Below, piece after piece: positions 1 through 7,791 of a stretch of DNA of 64,000 nt; the stretch's first letter is position 1; each line of letters opens with the position of its first letter. Location: the NCBI GenBank assembly GCA_964521085.1, contig CAZFPL010000008.1, positions 946 through 64,945 of the forward strand, written 5' to 3'. The notes below the pieces were generated by a model. The model had not been told where the DNA came from, did no database searches, and saw nothing but the letters and a program-made list of their open reading frames with translations. This stretch comes from an uncultured Anaerolineales bacterium (GTDB lineage Bacteria > Chloroflexota > Anaerolineae > Anaerolineales > RBG-16-64-43). The position numbers and the translations under genes were made by a program.

Positions 1-1495
1 AACGGATCATGAAGGTGCCGTCGCTCAACGCGTTTGCGGAGGTAAGATACGTCTTCCCTTCGCCGTATCCGCTGGGATCGGGATCGGCCAGGAAGAGCTC
101 AATCCGGCAACCCGGGCAAGCCGTGCCGGATGCATAGAGGCTGGCGGCGCCGGTGATCACGGGAGAGGCAATCCCCCGGTTGACGTAGTCCGAGAGGAAG
201 GATATTCCCAATCCGCCGTTGGAAAATATGCTGTTCTGCGTGATGGTGATCTTGGTTCCTTCGTCCGATGCGGGCCCGGAGAAGATGGAGATGCCGTCCC
301 CTCCGTTCCGGGTGATGACGTTGTTCTCGATGGAGAAGTTTTGAGCCTGGTCGATATTAATCCCGGCCGCGGTGTTGAAGGCGATCAGGTTCTGGACGCT
401 CGGAAGGGTGCCGCCTCCGATTATTGAACCTTCGCCGCGGCATGAAAAATCAATTCCGACGTTATTCGGAATCGGAAGCGAACCGGACGCGTCGGTCCCG
501 ATTTTATTTCCGCGGATGATAAGCATATCGCTGCAAGAGTAGATCCCCGTTCCGTTTCCTGAAATCAGGTTCCCTGAACCAGGCTCATCCCCCCCAATGG
601 CATTGTTATGGCTGCTGATCACGTGAATGCCCTGAAGCGAATTGGGCACTGCGGCGGTTCCTTCCGCATTGGTGCCGATATAATTATTCATTATGGAATT
701 GCTGTCGGCATTCATATGAATATAGATGCCCGTGTAGTGGCCCGAAATGACATTGCGGTTTTCCGGACCTTCTCCTCCGATGTGGTTTCCATCGGAAAAT
801 ATTTCGATGCCGATTACTTGATCGCCGAGCTTGGCTGTTCCGGCGAGATTAAGGCCGATCCAATTTCCAAGGATGGTTTGATGATCGCTATATATTTGTA
901 TCCCGACTTCGTTGCCCGAAATCAGATTTTCTCTGACCATGTTGTCCGAACCGGTCGAATAGAATCTGATGCCGGCTTGATTTCCGCGGGCGTTTCCTGT
1001 TGGTTCCACCCCGATATAGTTTCCCTCGATTCGATTTCGGTTGCCATCCACATAGATGCCGTCGACCGTCTCGGTTCCGACGATGCTCAACCCACGGATG
1101 ACGTTATCATCGGTAGCAAGGACCAATCCAGCGCCGCGTTCCAGCGCGCGGAAATCGAGAACGACGAGAGGAACTCCTCCGAAGTAAGGGGAGCGGGTGC
1201 CGTCCAAGGTGGTCCCATTATCGAGAAGAGGAGGTAACGGGGTCTCCAAGAATATGGTGTGAACGCCTCCTTCTCCGAAGAGAAAGATGATCTCGTCCGG
1301 CCCGGGATTGGCATTGGCCGCCTGGATCGCTTCACGGAGAGAACAATGCCGGGTGTCGCACAAGCCATCGTCGATGTCGACCGTTGTATTTACGACCAGT
1401 GTGGATGCGCGGGCATGGATGGGGGGAGAAAGCCACCATAGGAGCATCCCGATCCCCAAAAACGCGAACAATTTTTGGAAATGATTTTTTACCAT
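1..1495 (-). CDS. Secreted parallel beta-helix repeat protein with CSLREA-like N-terminal motif (3' end runs off the window)
   Basis: Absent from the ORF track because no stop lies inside the window. The reverse complement from ATG 1495-1493 reads MVKNHFQKLFAFLGIGMLLWWLSPPIHARASTLVVNTTVDIDDGLCDTRHCSLREAIQAANANPGPDEIIF, followed by NxIxGN-type repeats. Collinear paralog of 1540-4521. The + ORF 608-1237 is its antisense shadow. Confidence 0.8.
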   Translation of the reverse strand, partial: MVKNHFQKLFAFLGIGMLLWWLSPPIHARASTLVVNTTVDIDDGLCDTRHCSLREAIQAANANPGPDEIIFLFGEGGVHTIFLETPLPPLLDNGTTLDGTRSPYFGGVPLVVLDFRALERGAGLVLATDDNVIRGLSIVGTETVDGIYVDGNRNRIEGNYIGVEPTGNARGNQAGIRFYSTGSDNMVRENLISGNEVGIQIYSDHQTILGNWIGLNLAGTAKLGDQVIGIEIFSDGNHIGGEGPENRNVISGHYTGIYIHMNADSNSIMNNYIGTNAEGTAAVPNSLQGIHVISSHNNAIGGDEPGSGNLISGNGTGIYSCSDMLIIRGNKIGTDASGSLPIPNNVGIDFSCRGEGSIIGGGTLPSVQNLIAFNTAAGINIDQAQNFSIENNVITRNGGDGISIFSGPASDEGTKITITQNSIFSNGGLGISFLSDYVNRGIASPVITGAASLYASGTACPGCRIELFLADPDPSGYGEGKTYLTSANALSDGTFMIR

Positions 1496-1539
1496 GGCTT
1501 TCTCCCAACTGTTCCGCCGATGACGTTCAGGCCATGCCA

Positions 1540-4521
1540 TCACGGCGTACACGACCCTCCCGGCTGGGCGCCCTGCGGGCAGGGGGCGACACATTTGTCG
1601 GGTCCCTGGTTCTGCTTCACCCAGCAAGCGAACGGTTCCACTTCGACCACTGGTACTTGGTTTGTGTCTCCGGATGTTTCCACGTTTTCATCGGCAAGCC
1701 AGCACTGCGTCTGAGTGCCCGGTACCTGAACCTGCCACCAACTGCTGTTCTGATTTCGCCCGACGATGGGCACATTCGATCCGTTGGGGATGGTGGTCAC
1801 CGCGTCATATTCGGTTCCCGGACCGCGGCGGCAGATACCGTTCTGCCGCAGCGTGGCGGTCGGCGCGGAGAGAGTCGGGGTGACAGTCTGAGTGGCGGTT
1901 GCGGTTGCGTCTGGCGCGACCGTCTCCGTTGCGGCGGGTTGAACAGGATGCGGCGAGGCGATTTGGAACATGCGTTGGATTGTATCGGTGCAGAGGGGCG
2001 TCCAGAGCATAGATCCGTTCTGTGAACGTTCGCCCTTAAGGGTCCAGAAATAAACTCCGGTCTGTTTGGGATCAAATCCCACCTCGGAAAGGCTGATGGA
2101 ATTCGAGGTCAGTTCCTTGCTGATGATGTGGTTGCCGGGTCCGGTTACATCGAGGAACCAGCGCGTTTGCATTCCGGGCGGATCAGGTTGCGGCGACAGT
2201 TCAAAGAGCACGTCGGTGCCCGGGGAGAATATTGTTCCCTCCTCGGGGAAAAGTGTGGCCGCATCAATAAACTGCCCGCACGACGGCGAGGCCGGGGGAG
2301 CTTGCTCCCCCCTGTTCCAGTCGATTTGGACGACGGGCAGAGCAAGCAGACCGATGGCGATGATTGCGCCGAGAAGGCCGCCGGCGAGTCCCGGTACAAG
2401 CAGGGAGAAACCGGAAGGGGAACCCGGTCTGCGGGCAATAACGAGTACGAGGGAAAGTACGCTCCCGCCCGCCGCCCAGAGGATGATCCAGATCCAAACC
2501 AGAAGCGTAGGAGGCCGAATGCACACCCCCGCGGAAAACGACCTGGAAAACGTGGAGGTATTAAGATAAGCGCCGGTCGCCGTTGCCGTAAGCGTGTCGC
2601 ACCGATCGAGCGTCCGCCCGAGGTCGGCCCGGAAGACGCCGCTTGAAAAGGCGTCGATTGAGGTCAGGAAGGTTTGGCCTTCCCCGAAACCGCTGGGATC
2701 GCGGTCGGAAAGGAAGATCTCGATGTGGCAGCCCGGGCAGGAGGTTCCTTCCACGGTTGTGCCGGTTACGGCGGTGATGACCGGCGGCTCGATCCCGTCA
2801 TTGATTGCGGATGACTGAAATTGAATCCCCAACCCGCCGTTGTGGTATATGCTGTTTTCCATGAACAAATTGTGAACGGAGCTCCCGGATGACGTCGTCT
2901 CCAGAAAGATGCCGTCCATGCCGTTGGAGTGAACGGTGTTGTGCAAGATGCGCATGTTGCTGGAATCCTGCATATGGATGCCGTAGGATGTGTTAAAGGC
3001 AATCGGGTTGTTGTCATGAATCTGAAGTTCCCGCTGAATACCCACCACCCGGATCCCCACATTGTTGGGGATGCCCGCTGTGCCGGCCGCGTCGGTGCCG
3101 ATGCGGTTGTTTCGAATCGAATTACTCTCCGCTTCGATCCAGATTCCGATGCCGTTACCCGAGATCAGGTTGCCGGCTTCCGGACTCCCGATGTCGTTCA
3201 GAGGCGTCAGGATTTTTAATCCAATTTCGTTTGGAACGACGGTCGCACCGGATAGATCGGTGCCGAGGATGTTCCCAAAAATATCGGCCGATCCGGCTTC
3301 GTCCTCGAGCGAGATGCCGATCCCGTTGCCGGAGATGAGGTTCCCCTCGTCCCGGCCGTAGCCGCCGATTAACAGTTCACGGCCGTGCTCGCTGAAGATG
3401 CCGTATCCCTGTCTACCCAAAGCCCTGTTCCCGGCCGCGTTGGTCCCGATCCGGTTGCCCCGGATGATGGACCGGTCGGTATCGGCTCGGATCCCATATT
3501 CGTTGCCGGAGATGAGGTTGCCTTCGACGACCGCCCGCGGTGATTCCCGGCACATCCCGTCGGGATAAGCGTCACAGCGGTTCGCCGCCAGATTGATTCC
3601 GATGTAATTGGGGATTACGGCGTCTCCCGCGGCGTTGGTGCCGATGTAATTATTCTGAATAACGGCGCCAAAATCGGCATCGATCCCCTCTCCATAATTA
3701 CTGAAGCCCGAAATGACGTTCCGTTCCGCGGGCGACGAGCCGCCGATGATCAGACTGTTCACGGATCCGTAAGCGATGATGCCGAATCCCCTGGAATCTT
3801 CCGCGGCCCGGCTGCCCGTCGGGTCGGTCCCGATGAGATTTCCAAGAATCATGTGCCTAACACCCTCGCGGACCTGGATCCCAGTTCCATTGCCGGAAAT
3901 GACGTTGTCGATGACATATTGGCTTTCACCGTCAAGCCAGATGCCGTCGCTGTTGCCCTGGACGCTTCCATCCGGAGCCAGGCCGATGAAATTCTTTTCG
4001 ATGGTGTTGTTCGCGCCGTATACGTCGATCGCGCAGGCCGCATATCCTCCCGTAAAATTTATCAAACTCAATCCCCGTATGATGTTCCCATTGGAATTGA
4101 TGGCGATCGCTACGATCAACTCCGCCGGACCGCCGTCCAAGACGATGACGGGCGTTCCGCGGGCGTTCAATCCCGAGCCGTAAACCAGATTGTTGACATA
4201 TCCGGGCTGGGAATCCCCCGCAATCGTGGTGCCGCCGTCGCGGAGCGTGGGAAGCATCCCCGCCAGATGGATCGTATAGGGACCGGATCCGGGGATATTG
4301 AAATTGATGACGTCCGGTCCGTCGTGGGTGTTGGCCAGTTCGATGGCTGCCCGGAGCGTACAGTGAGCCGCCGTACAGCGGCTGTCGATGTAACTGTCGG
4401 AATCGTCAATGGAATTGACCGTGTAGGTGACGGCGCGGACGGGCGAGGGCGATGCCAACATGCCGGTCACAATCCCGAGAATAATGAAGGGCATTGCGAT
4501 TCGAAAGAGTCTGGTCTTCAT
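1540..4521 (-). CDS. Large surface protein: signal peptide, CSLREA-like motif, parallel beta-helix repeats, internal two-helix TM hairpin, FN3-like domain, C-terminal SH3b-like + Cys-rich module
   Basis: 1002-aa ORF. The likely start is MKTRLFRIAMPFIILGIV at 4521, with AAGGAGA upstream. Contains CTAAHCTLRAAIELAN, many NxISGN/IGTN repeats and the hydrophobic stretches LLVWIWIILWAAGGSVLSLVLVI and LLVPGLAGGLLGAIIAIGLLALPVV. The tail ends CWVKQNQGPDKCVAPCPQGAQPGGSCTP. Confidence 0.85.
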   Translation of the reverse strand: MKTRLFRIAMPFIILGIVTGMLASPSPVRAVTYTVNSIDDSDSYIDSRCTAAHCTLRAAIELANTHDGPDVINFNIPGSGPYTIHLAGMLPTLRDGGTTIAGDSQPGYVNNLVYGSGLNARGTPVIVLDGGPAELIVAIAINSNGNIIRGLSLINFTGGYAACAIDVYGANNTIEKNFIGLAPDGSVQGNSDGIWLDGESQYVIDNVISGNGTGIQVREGVRHMILGNLIGTDPTGSRAAEDSRGFGIIAYGSVNSLIIGGSSPAERNVISGFSNYGEGIDADFGAVIQNNYIGTNAAGDAVIPNYIGINLAANRCDAYPDGMCRESPRAVVEGNLISGNEYGIRADTDRSIIRGNRIGTNAAGNRALGRQGYGIFSEHGRELLIGGYGRDEGNLISGNGIGISLEDEAGSADIFGNILGTDLSGATVVPNEIGLKILTPLNDIGSPEAGNLISGNGIGIWIEAESNSIRNNRIGTDAAGTAGIPNNVGIRVVGIQRELQIHDNNPIAFNTSYGIHMQDSSNMRILHNTVHSNGMDGIFLETTSSGSSVHNLFMENSIYHNGGLGIQFQSSAINDGIEPPVITAVTGTTVEGTSCPGCHIEIFLSDRDPSGFGEGQTFLTSIDAFSSGVFRADLGRTLDRCDTLTATATGAYLNTSTFSRSFSAGVCIRPPTLLVWIWIILWAAGGSVLSLVLVIARRPGSPSGFSLLVPGLAGGLLGAIIAIGLLALPVVQIDWNRGEQAPPASPSCGQFIDAATLFPEEGTIFSPGTDVLFELSPQPDPPGMQTRWFLDVTGPGNHIISKELTSNSISLSEVGFDPKQTGVYFWTLKGERSQNGSMLWTPLCTDTIQRMFQIASPHPVQPAATETVAPDATATATQTVTPTLSAPTATLRQNGICRRGPGTEYDAVTTIPNGSNVPIVGRNQNSSWWQVQVPGTQTQCWLADENVETSGDTNQVPVVEVEPFACWVKQNQGPDKCVAPCPQGAQPGGSCTP

Positions 4522-4592
4522 CGTCCCGTCTCCTTGGCACTTGCCCAAAGCGCGTTTGCTTGTCCGCTTCGGACTGTAATTGCTGAGACCAC

Positions 4593-4656
4593 GGATTACA
4601 CGGATGGAACTCTTTGGGCTTATTCCTTTGCTGAATTGGGTCTATCCGTGTAATCC
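4593..4656. repeat. Intergenic inverted repeat GGATTACACGGAT / ATCCGTGTAATCC (13 bp perfect, 38-nt spacer) within a cluster of CACGGAT/ATCCGTG motifs
   Basis: Read directly from the sequence. The repeat lies between the stop of gene 4685-6286 and the start of gene 1540-4521. Additional ATCCGTG copies occur at 4666-4682. Confidence 0.8.
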
Positions 4657-4684
4657 ATATCTCTTTATCCGTGTCATCCGTGAT

Positions 4685-6286
4685 TTACGGTTCGCATGCG
4701 CCTCCCGGCTGGGCGCCTTGCGGGCAGGGGGCCACACACTTATCGGGTCCTTGCTGTTGTTTCACCCAGCAGCCGAGTGGTTCGGCTTCGACGATCGGCA
4801 CTTTACTAGTATCGCCGGACGTCTCTACATTTTCTCCTGCCACCCAGCATTGGGTCTGGCCTCCCGGGACTTGCACCTGCCACCAGGTGCGGTCTGGGTT
4901 TCGTCCGACAATTGGCACGGTCGATCCCTTCGGCAGATTAGTCACAACGTCGTATCCAGTGTCCGGTCCGCGACGGCAGTTGGCGTTCTGCAGGAGGGTG
5001 GCGGTGGGCACTGTCGGGGTGACATCGGGCGGCGGCACGGTAACCAAAGGACCGAGGTCGGTTGGACAGATTCCGCCGGTCTGGTTGACGATGAAAGAAT
5101 AGGCATCCGAGTAAGGTCCGTCTGCGTCTCCGGGCAGTTCTGCCTTTACCCTCCAATAGAACCGTTCGCACTCGCGCTCTCCCGTCTCCCCGGGCAGTCG
5201 GAGGTTTACACTTTCCTGAAATTGTGAGTAATTAATTTCACGGGTGAGGACAACAAGGGTGTCATCGGCCGAAAAATCCGGATTGCGGGAAACCTCCAGT
5301 TTATATCCCCCGGGCGCCAGACAGGGTGTGGGATCGTTCCACCCCAGGCCAACCGCGATCCTGCCGTCGGTTTCCATCCATATTCTGGCCACTTCTCCGT
5401 CTGCGGGGAACAATGGGATCGGGGCAAGAAAGGAGGTCGGGTCACTGGTACTGACCGAACAGATCGGGCCGATGAAGTACCCCGCCGTCTCCGACGTCTC
5501 CGGGGGGGCATACTCGCTGAAGGCTTTCACGCGCCATTCATAGAATGTTCCAGGCGTGAGCGCATCCGGAGGAGTCCAGGATCTCAGCGAACCGTCGATA
5601 TTTTCTTCGAAAAGTATCCGGGAAGTCGACTCGGATGTTAAAAGCTGTATTTGGAAGTGATCGGGCTTGCAGCGACCCGGATAATCCCATACATGAGTGG
5701 GTGCAAGGTTGCTCACCACCTCGTATTCTCCGGGCCAGAACGGGATGGGAGCCACCAGGTCGTCTTCCAATCCGCAGGTTAGAAGGGTCGCGCAGTATAT
5801 GACCGGCCGGCCGAGCAGATAACCGTCCGGGTAGGCAGAAGTGTTTTCGCTATTGTCGGTCGCAAAGACTTGAAATTCTATATTTCCGTTTTGCGTGCCG
5901 AGTTCAGTGCCGGCTTCGCTGCCCACGTTGATCAGGAAGCCAAACTGGCTGCCCATGCCCTCAAAGGTGCCGGAAACGGTATGCCAGTCGCCGACATAAC
6001 CTTCCTCGCCCTGGTAGCGATACCGGACGTGGGTTTCCGAAATACGGGATGGATCCGGGTCCATGCCGGTATCCGATGGATCGAGAATCCTCGCGCCGAT
6101 GTGCAATTGATTCTCGCCGCAGCCTGCGGGATAAAATACCACATCTTCGAGCGCCACGACGCCGTTTATTTCCGGCGGCGTGGTGTCCGTCGGCGTTGGG
6201 ATGCAAGCACCAAGCAGGATGCTCAACAATGAGAATACCGCAAGGAGCTGTGAAAACCGGTTGGATAGTTCAGGTTTTGATTTCAT
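4685..6286 (-). CDS. Lipoprotein with two FN3-like (YxWRVK) modules and C-terminal SH3b-like + Cys-rich module
   Basis: Lipobox SILLGAC, with GGAGG 6 nt upstream of the ATG at 6286. Contains the motifs FYEWRVKAF and CERFYWRVKAEL. The C-terminal 105 aa are shared with 3 neighbouring genes. Confidence 0.85.
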   Translation of the reverse strand: MKSKPELSNRFSQLLAVFSLLSILLGACIPTPTDTTPPEINGVVALEDVVFYPAGCGENQLHIGARILDPSDTGMDPDPSRISETHVRYRYQGEEGYVGDWHTVSGTFEGMGSQFGFLINVGSEAGTELGTQNGNIEFQVFATDNSENTSAYPDGYLLGRPVIYCATLLTCGLEDDLVAPIPFWPGEYEVVSNLAPTHVWDYPGRCKPDHFQIQLLTSESTSRILFEENIDGSLRSWTPPDALTPGTFYEWRVKAFSEYAPPETSETAGYFIGPICSVSTSDPTSFLAPIPLFPADGEVARIWMETDGRIAVGLGWNDPTPCLAPGGYKLEVSRNPDFSADDTLVVLTREINYSQFQESVNLRLPGETGERECERFYWRVKAELPGDADGPYSDAYSFIVNQTGGICPTDLGPLVTVPPPDVTPTVPTATLLQNANCRRGPDTGYDVVTNLPKGSTVPIVGRNPDRTWWQVQVPGGQTQCWVAGENVETSGDTSKVPIVEAEPLGCWVKQQQGPDKCVAPCPQGAQPGGACEP

Positions 6287-6393
6287 CTTGCCTCCATGTA
6301 TCCATCGACCGCACTCAAAACTCGGACGATAGATCGGGTTGTACGTTCATCTCGTCTCCTGCATATCGCCATCTAGAAAGCGGCCCAAGGAAT

Positions 6394-7602
6394 TCACGGT
6401 TCGCACGCTCCTCCCGGCTGGGCGCCTTCCGGGCAGGGGGCTACGCACTTATCGGGCCCCTGCTGCTGCTTCACCCAACAACCGAGCGGCTCTGCTTCAA
6501 CGATCGGTACCTTGCTCAGGTCGCCGGACGTCTCGACATTTTCTCCTGCCACCCAGCATTGGGTCTGGCCTCCCGGAACCTGCACCTGCCACCAGGTTTT
6601 CTCTGGATTGCGTCCGACGATTGGCACGATCAATCCCTTTGGCAGATTGGTTACGACGCTGTAATCGGTGCCCGCCCCGCGGCGGCAATTGGCGTTCTGC
6701 AGCAGCGTGGCGGTCGGCGGAGAAGCGGTCGGGGTGATGCCGGGAGTCGCGGTGGCCGTCGGTTCCAGGTGGGGAGACGGGCCGGGAATCGGAGGCCACA
6801 GGCATTCGCGTCGGATGTCGGTCCACATGTATCGCGGAGCCGACCACGGCCCGTCGTCGTCCGTCCCGGGCAGGTTCACCCGGACTCTCCAGTAGTAGAC
6901 GGCGCATTCCTCATACGGAAATAAGTCATCAGAGGTCATGCCGATAAAAGCCATGTTTGTGATTCCGGATATATTCTTCGTGTATACCGTTGTATCGAAA
7001 GCAGGAGAGGTGGAGAATTGAACCGTGTATCCGCCTGCCGGAGTGCAAGGGCTGGGATCTTCCCATTCAACGGCAAAAAAGCCGCTGGTAAGGTGATACG
7101 CGTCGGGAGGGTTGAGCAGGATGGGCGGGAGAAGTCCGCCGGAGCCCTCGCATTGCGGGCCGGTATCGAATTGAAATTGATTGAACGTGGCCGGACCTTC
7201 GGTCCGTCCGGCTATGGGAACAATCACATAATAATAATGCGACGCCGGTTGAAGCGGCTGATCGGCCGGCACGGTGAAGCTCGTCACGTTGGACCAGCCT
7301 ATAACTTCGATATCGAACTCGATATACCAGCGGGTGAAGATCCGGATTTCGTAATTCTCCGGACGGCAGTCCGGATCCGGGTAGGTCCAATGCAGCGTGG
7401 GCGTGAGGGTATCGATGATTATGTTGCGCGGGTCCGCATCCTCGATCGCCACCAGCTCCTCGGCGGTGCATATTCTGGAAGGCGTGGCGATCGGCGACGG
7501 AGTCGATTCGGGCCTGCAGCCGACGGCCAACAGCATGACCAACGCTGCACAAGGCCATCGCCGTAAAGTAGTCGAAAGGAATCCCGTCGAATCATTCTTC
7601 AT
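6394..7602 (-). CDS. Lipoprotein paralog (FN3-like x2 + shared C-terminal module)
   Basis: The ORF extends to 7680, but AGGAGG precedes the ATG at 7602 (MKNDSTGF...), and a LLAVGC lipobox follows. Contains CAVYYWRVRVNLPGTDDDGPW. The C-terminal module is nearly identical to that of 4685-6286. Confidence 0.85.
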   Translation of the reverse strand: MKNDSTGFLSTTLRRWPCAALVMLLAVGCRPESTPSPIATPSRICTAEELVAIEDADPRNIIIDTLTPTLHWTYPDPDCRPENYEIRIFTRWYIEFDIEVIGWSNVTSFTVPADQPLQPASHYYYVIVPIAGRTEGPATFNQFQFDTGPQCEGSGGLLPPILLNPPDAYHLTSGFFAVEWEDPSPCTPAGGYTVQFSTSPAFDTTVYTKNISGITNMAFIGMTSDDLFPYEECAVYYWRVRVNLPGTDDDGPWSAPRYMWTDIRRECLWPPIPGPSPHLEPTATATPGITPTASPPTATLLQNANCRRGAGTDYSVVTNLPKGLIVPIVGRNPEKTWWQVQVPGGQTQCWVAGENVETSGDLSKVPIVEAEPLGCWVKQQQGPDKCVAPCPEGAQPGGACEP

Positions 7603-7730
7603 GGATCCTCCTTTGGACACATTCCAAATTGTTCTCCATTCCGGGCGATAACAGACGCCCGGATTTGCTTGCAGGCCCAACCCGGCTTTGGAAACCCTCC
7701 GCCGGGCCGCGGGTGATACGGATTTAATAT

Positions 7731-7786
7731 GGATTGCACGGATAGATCCGGGATAATTATTGAATTGGGATCTATCCGTGCAATCC
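7731..7786. repeat. Intergenic inverted repeat GGATTGCACGGATAGATCC / GGATCTATCCGTGCAATCC (19 bp perfect, 18-nt spacer)
   Basis: Read directly from the sequence. Same relative position as 4593-4656, between the stop of 7792-9450 and the start of 6394-7602. It differs from the first copy by paired (compensatory) substitutions. Confidence 0.85.
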
Positions 7787-7791
7787 GTGGT

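Noticed and set aside
608-1237. 209-aa plus-strand ORF at the window start, and the other + ORFs at 1259-2646
   Set aside because: They are antisense or out of frame relative to the beta-helix genes, which read cleanly on the minus strand with signal peptide, CSLREA motif and repeat periodicity.
1540-1623. Cys-rich C-terminal tail as a classical sorting signal (LPXTG, PEP-CTERM, GlyGly-CTERM, MYXO-CTERM, T9SS CTD)
   Set aside because: There is no LPXTG-like motif. The tail lacks the terminal hydrophobic helix followed by basic residues and ends in the polar ...GGACEP. The length and pattern do not fit a T9SS CTD in what appears to be a monoderm-type genome. It was kept as an uncharacterised module instead.
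4593-7786. Possibility that the repeated palindromes are a CRISPR array
   Set aside because: There are only two copies, about 3 kb apart and separated by a full gene. They are imperfectly identical, have no regular repeat-spacer periodicity, and no cas genes are present.
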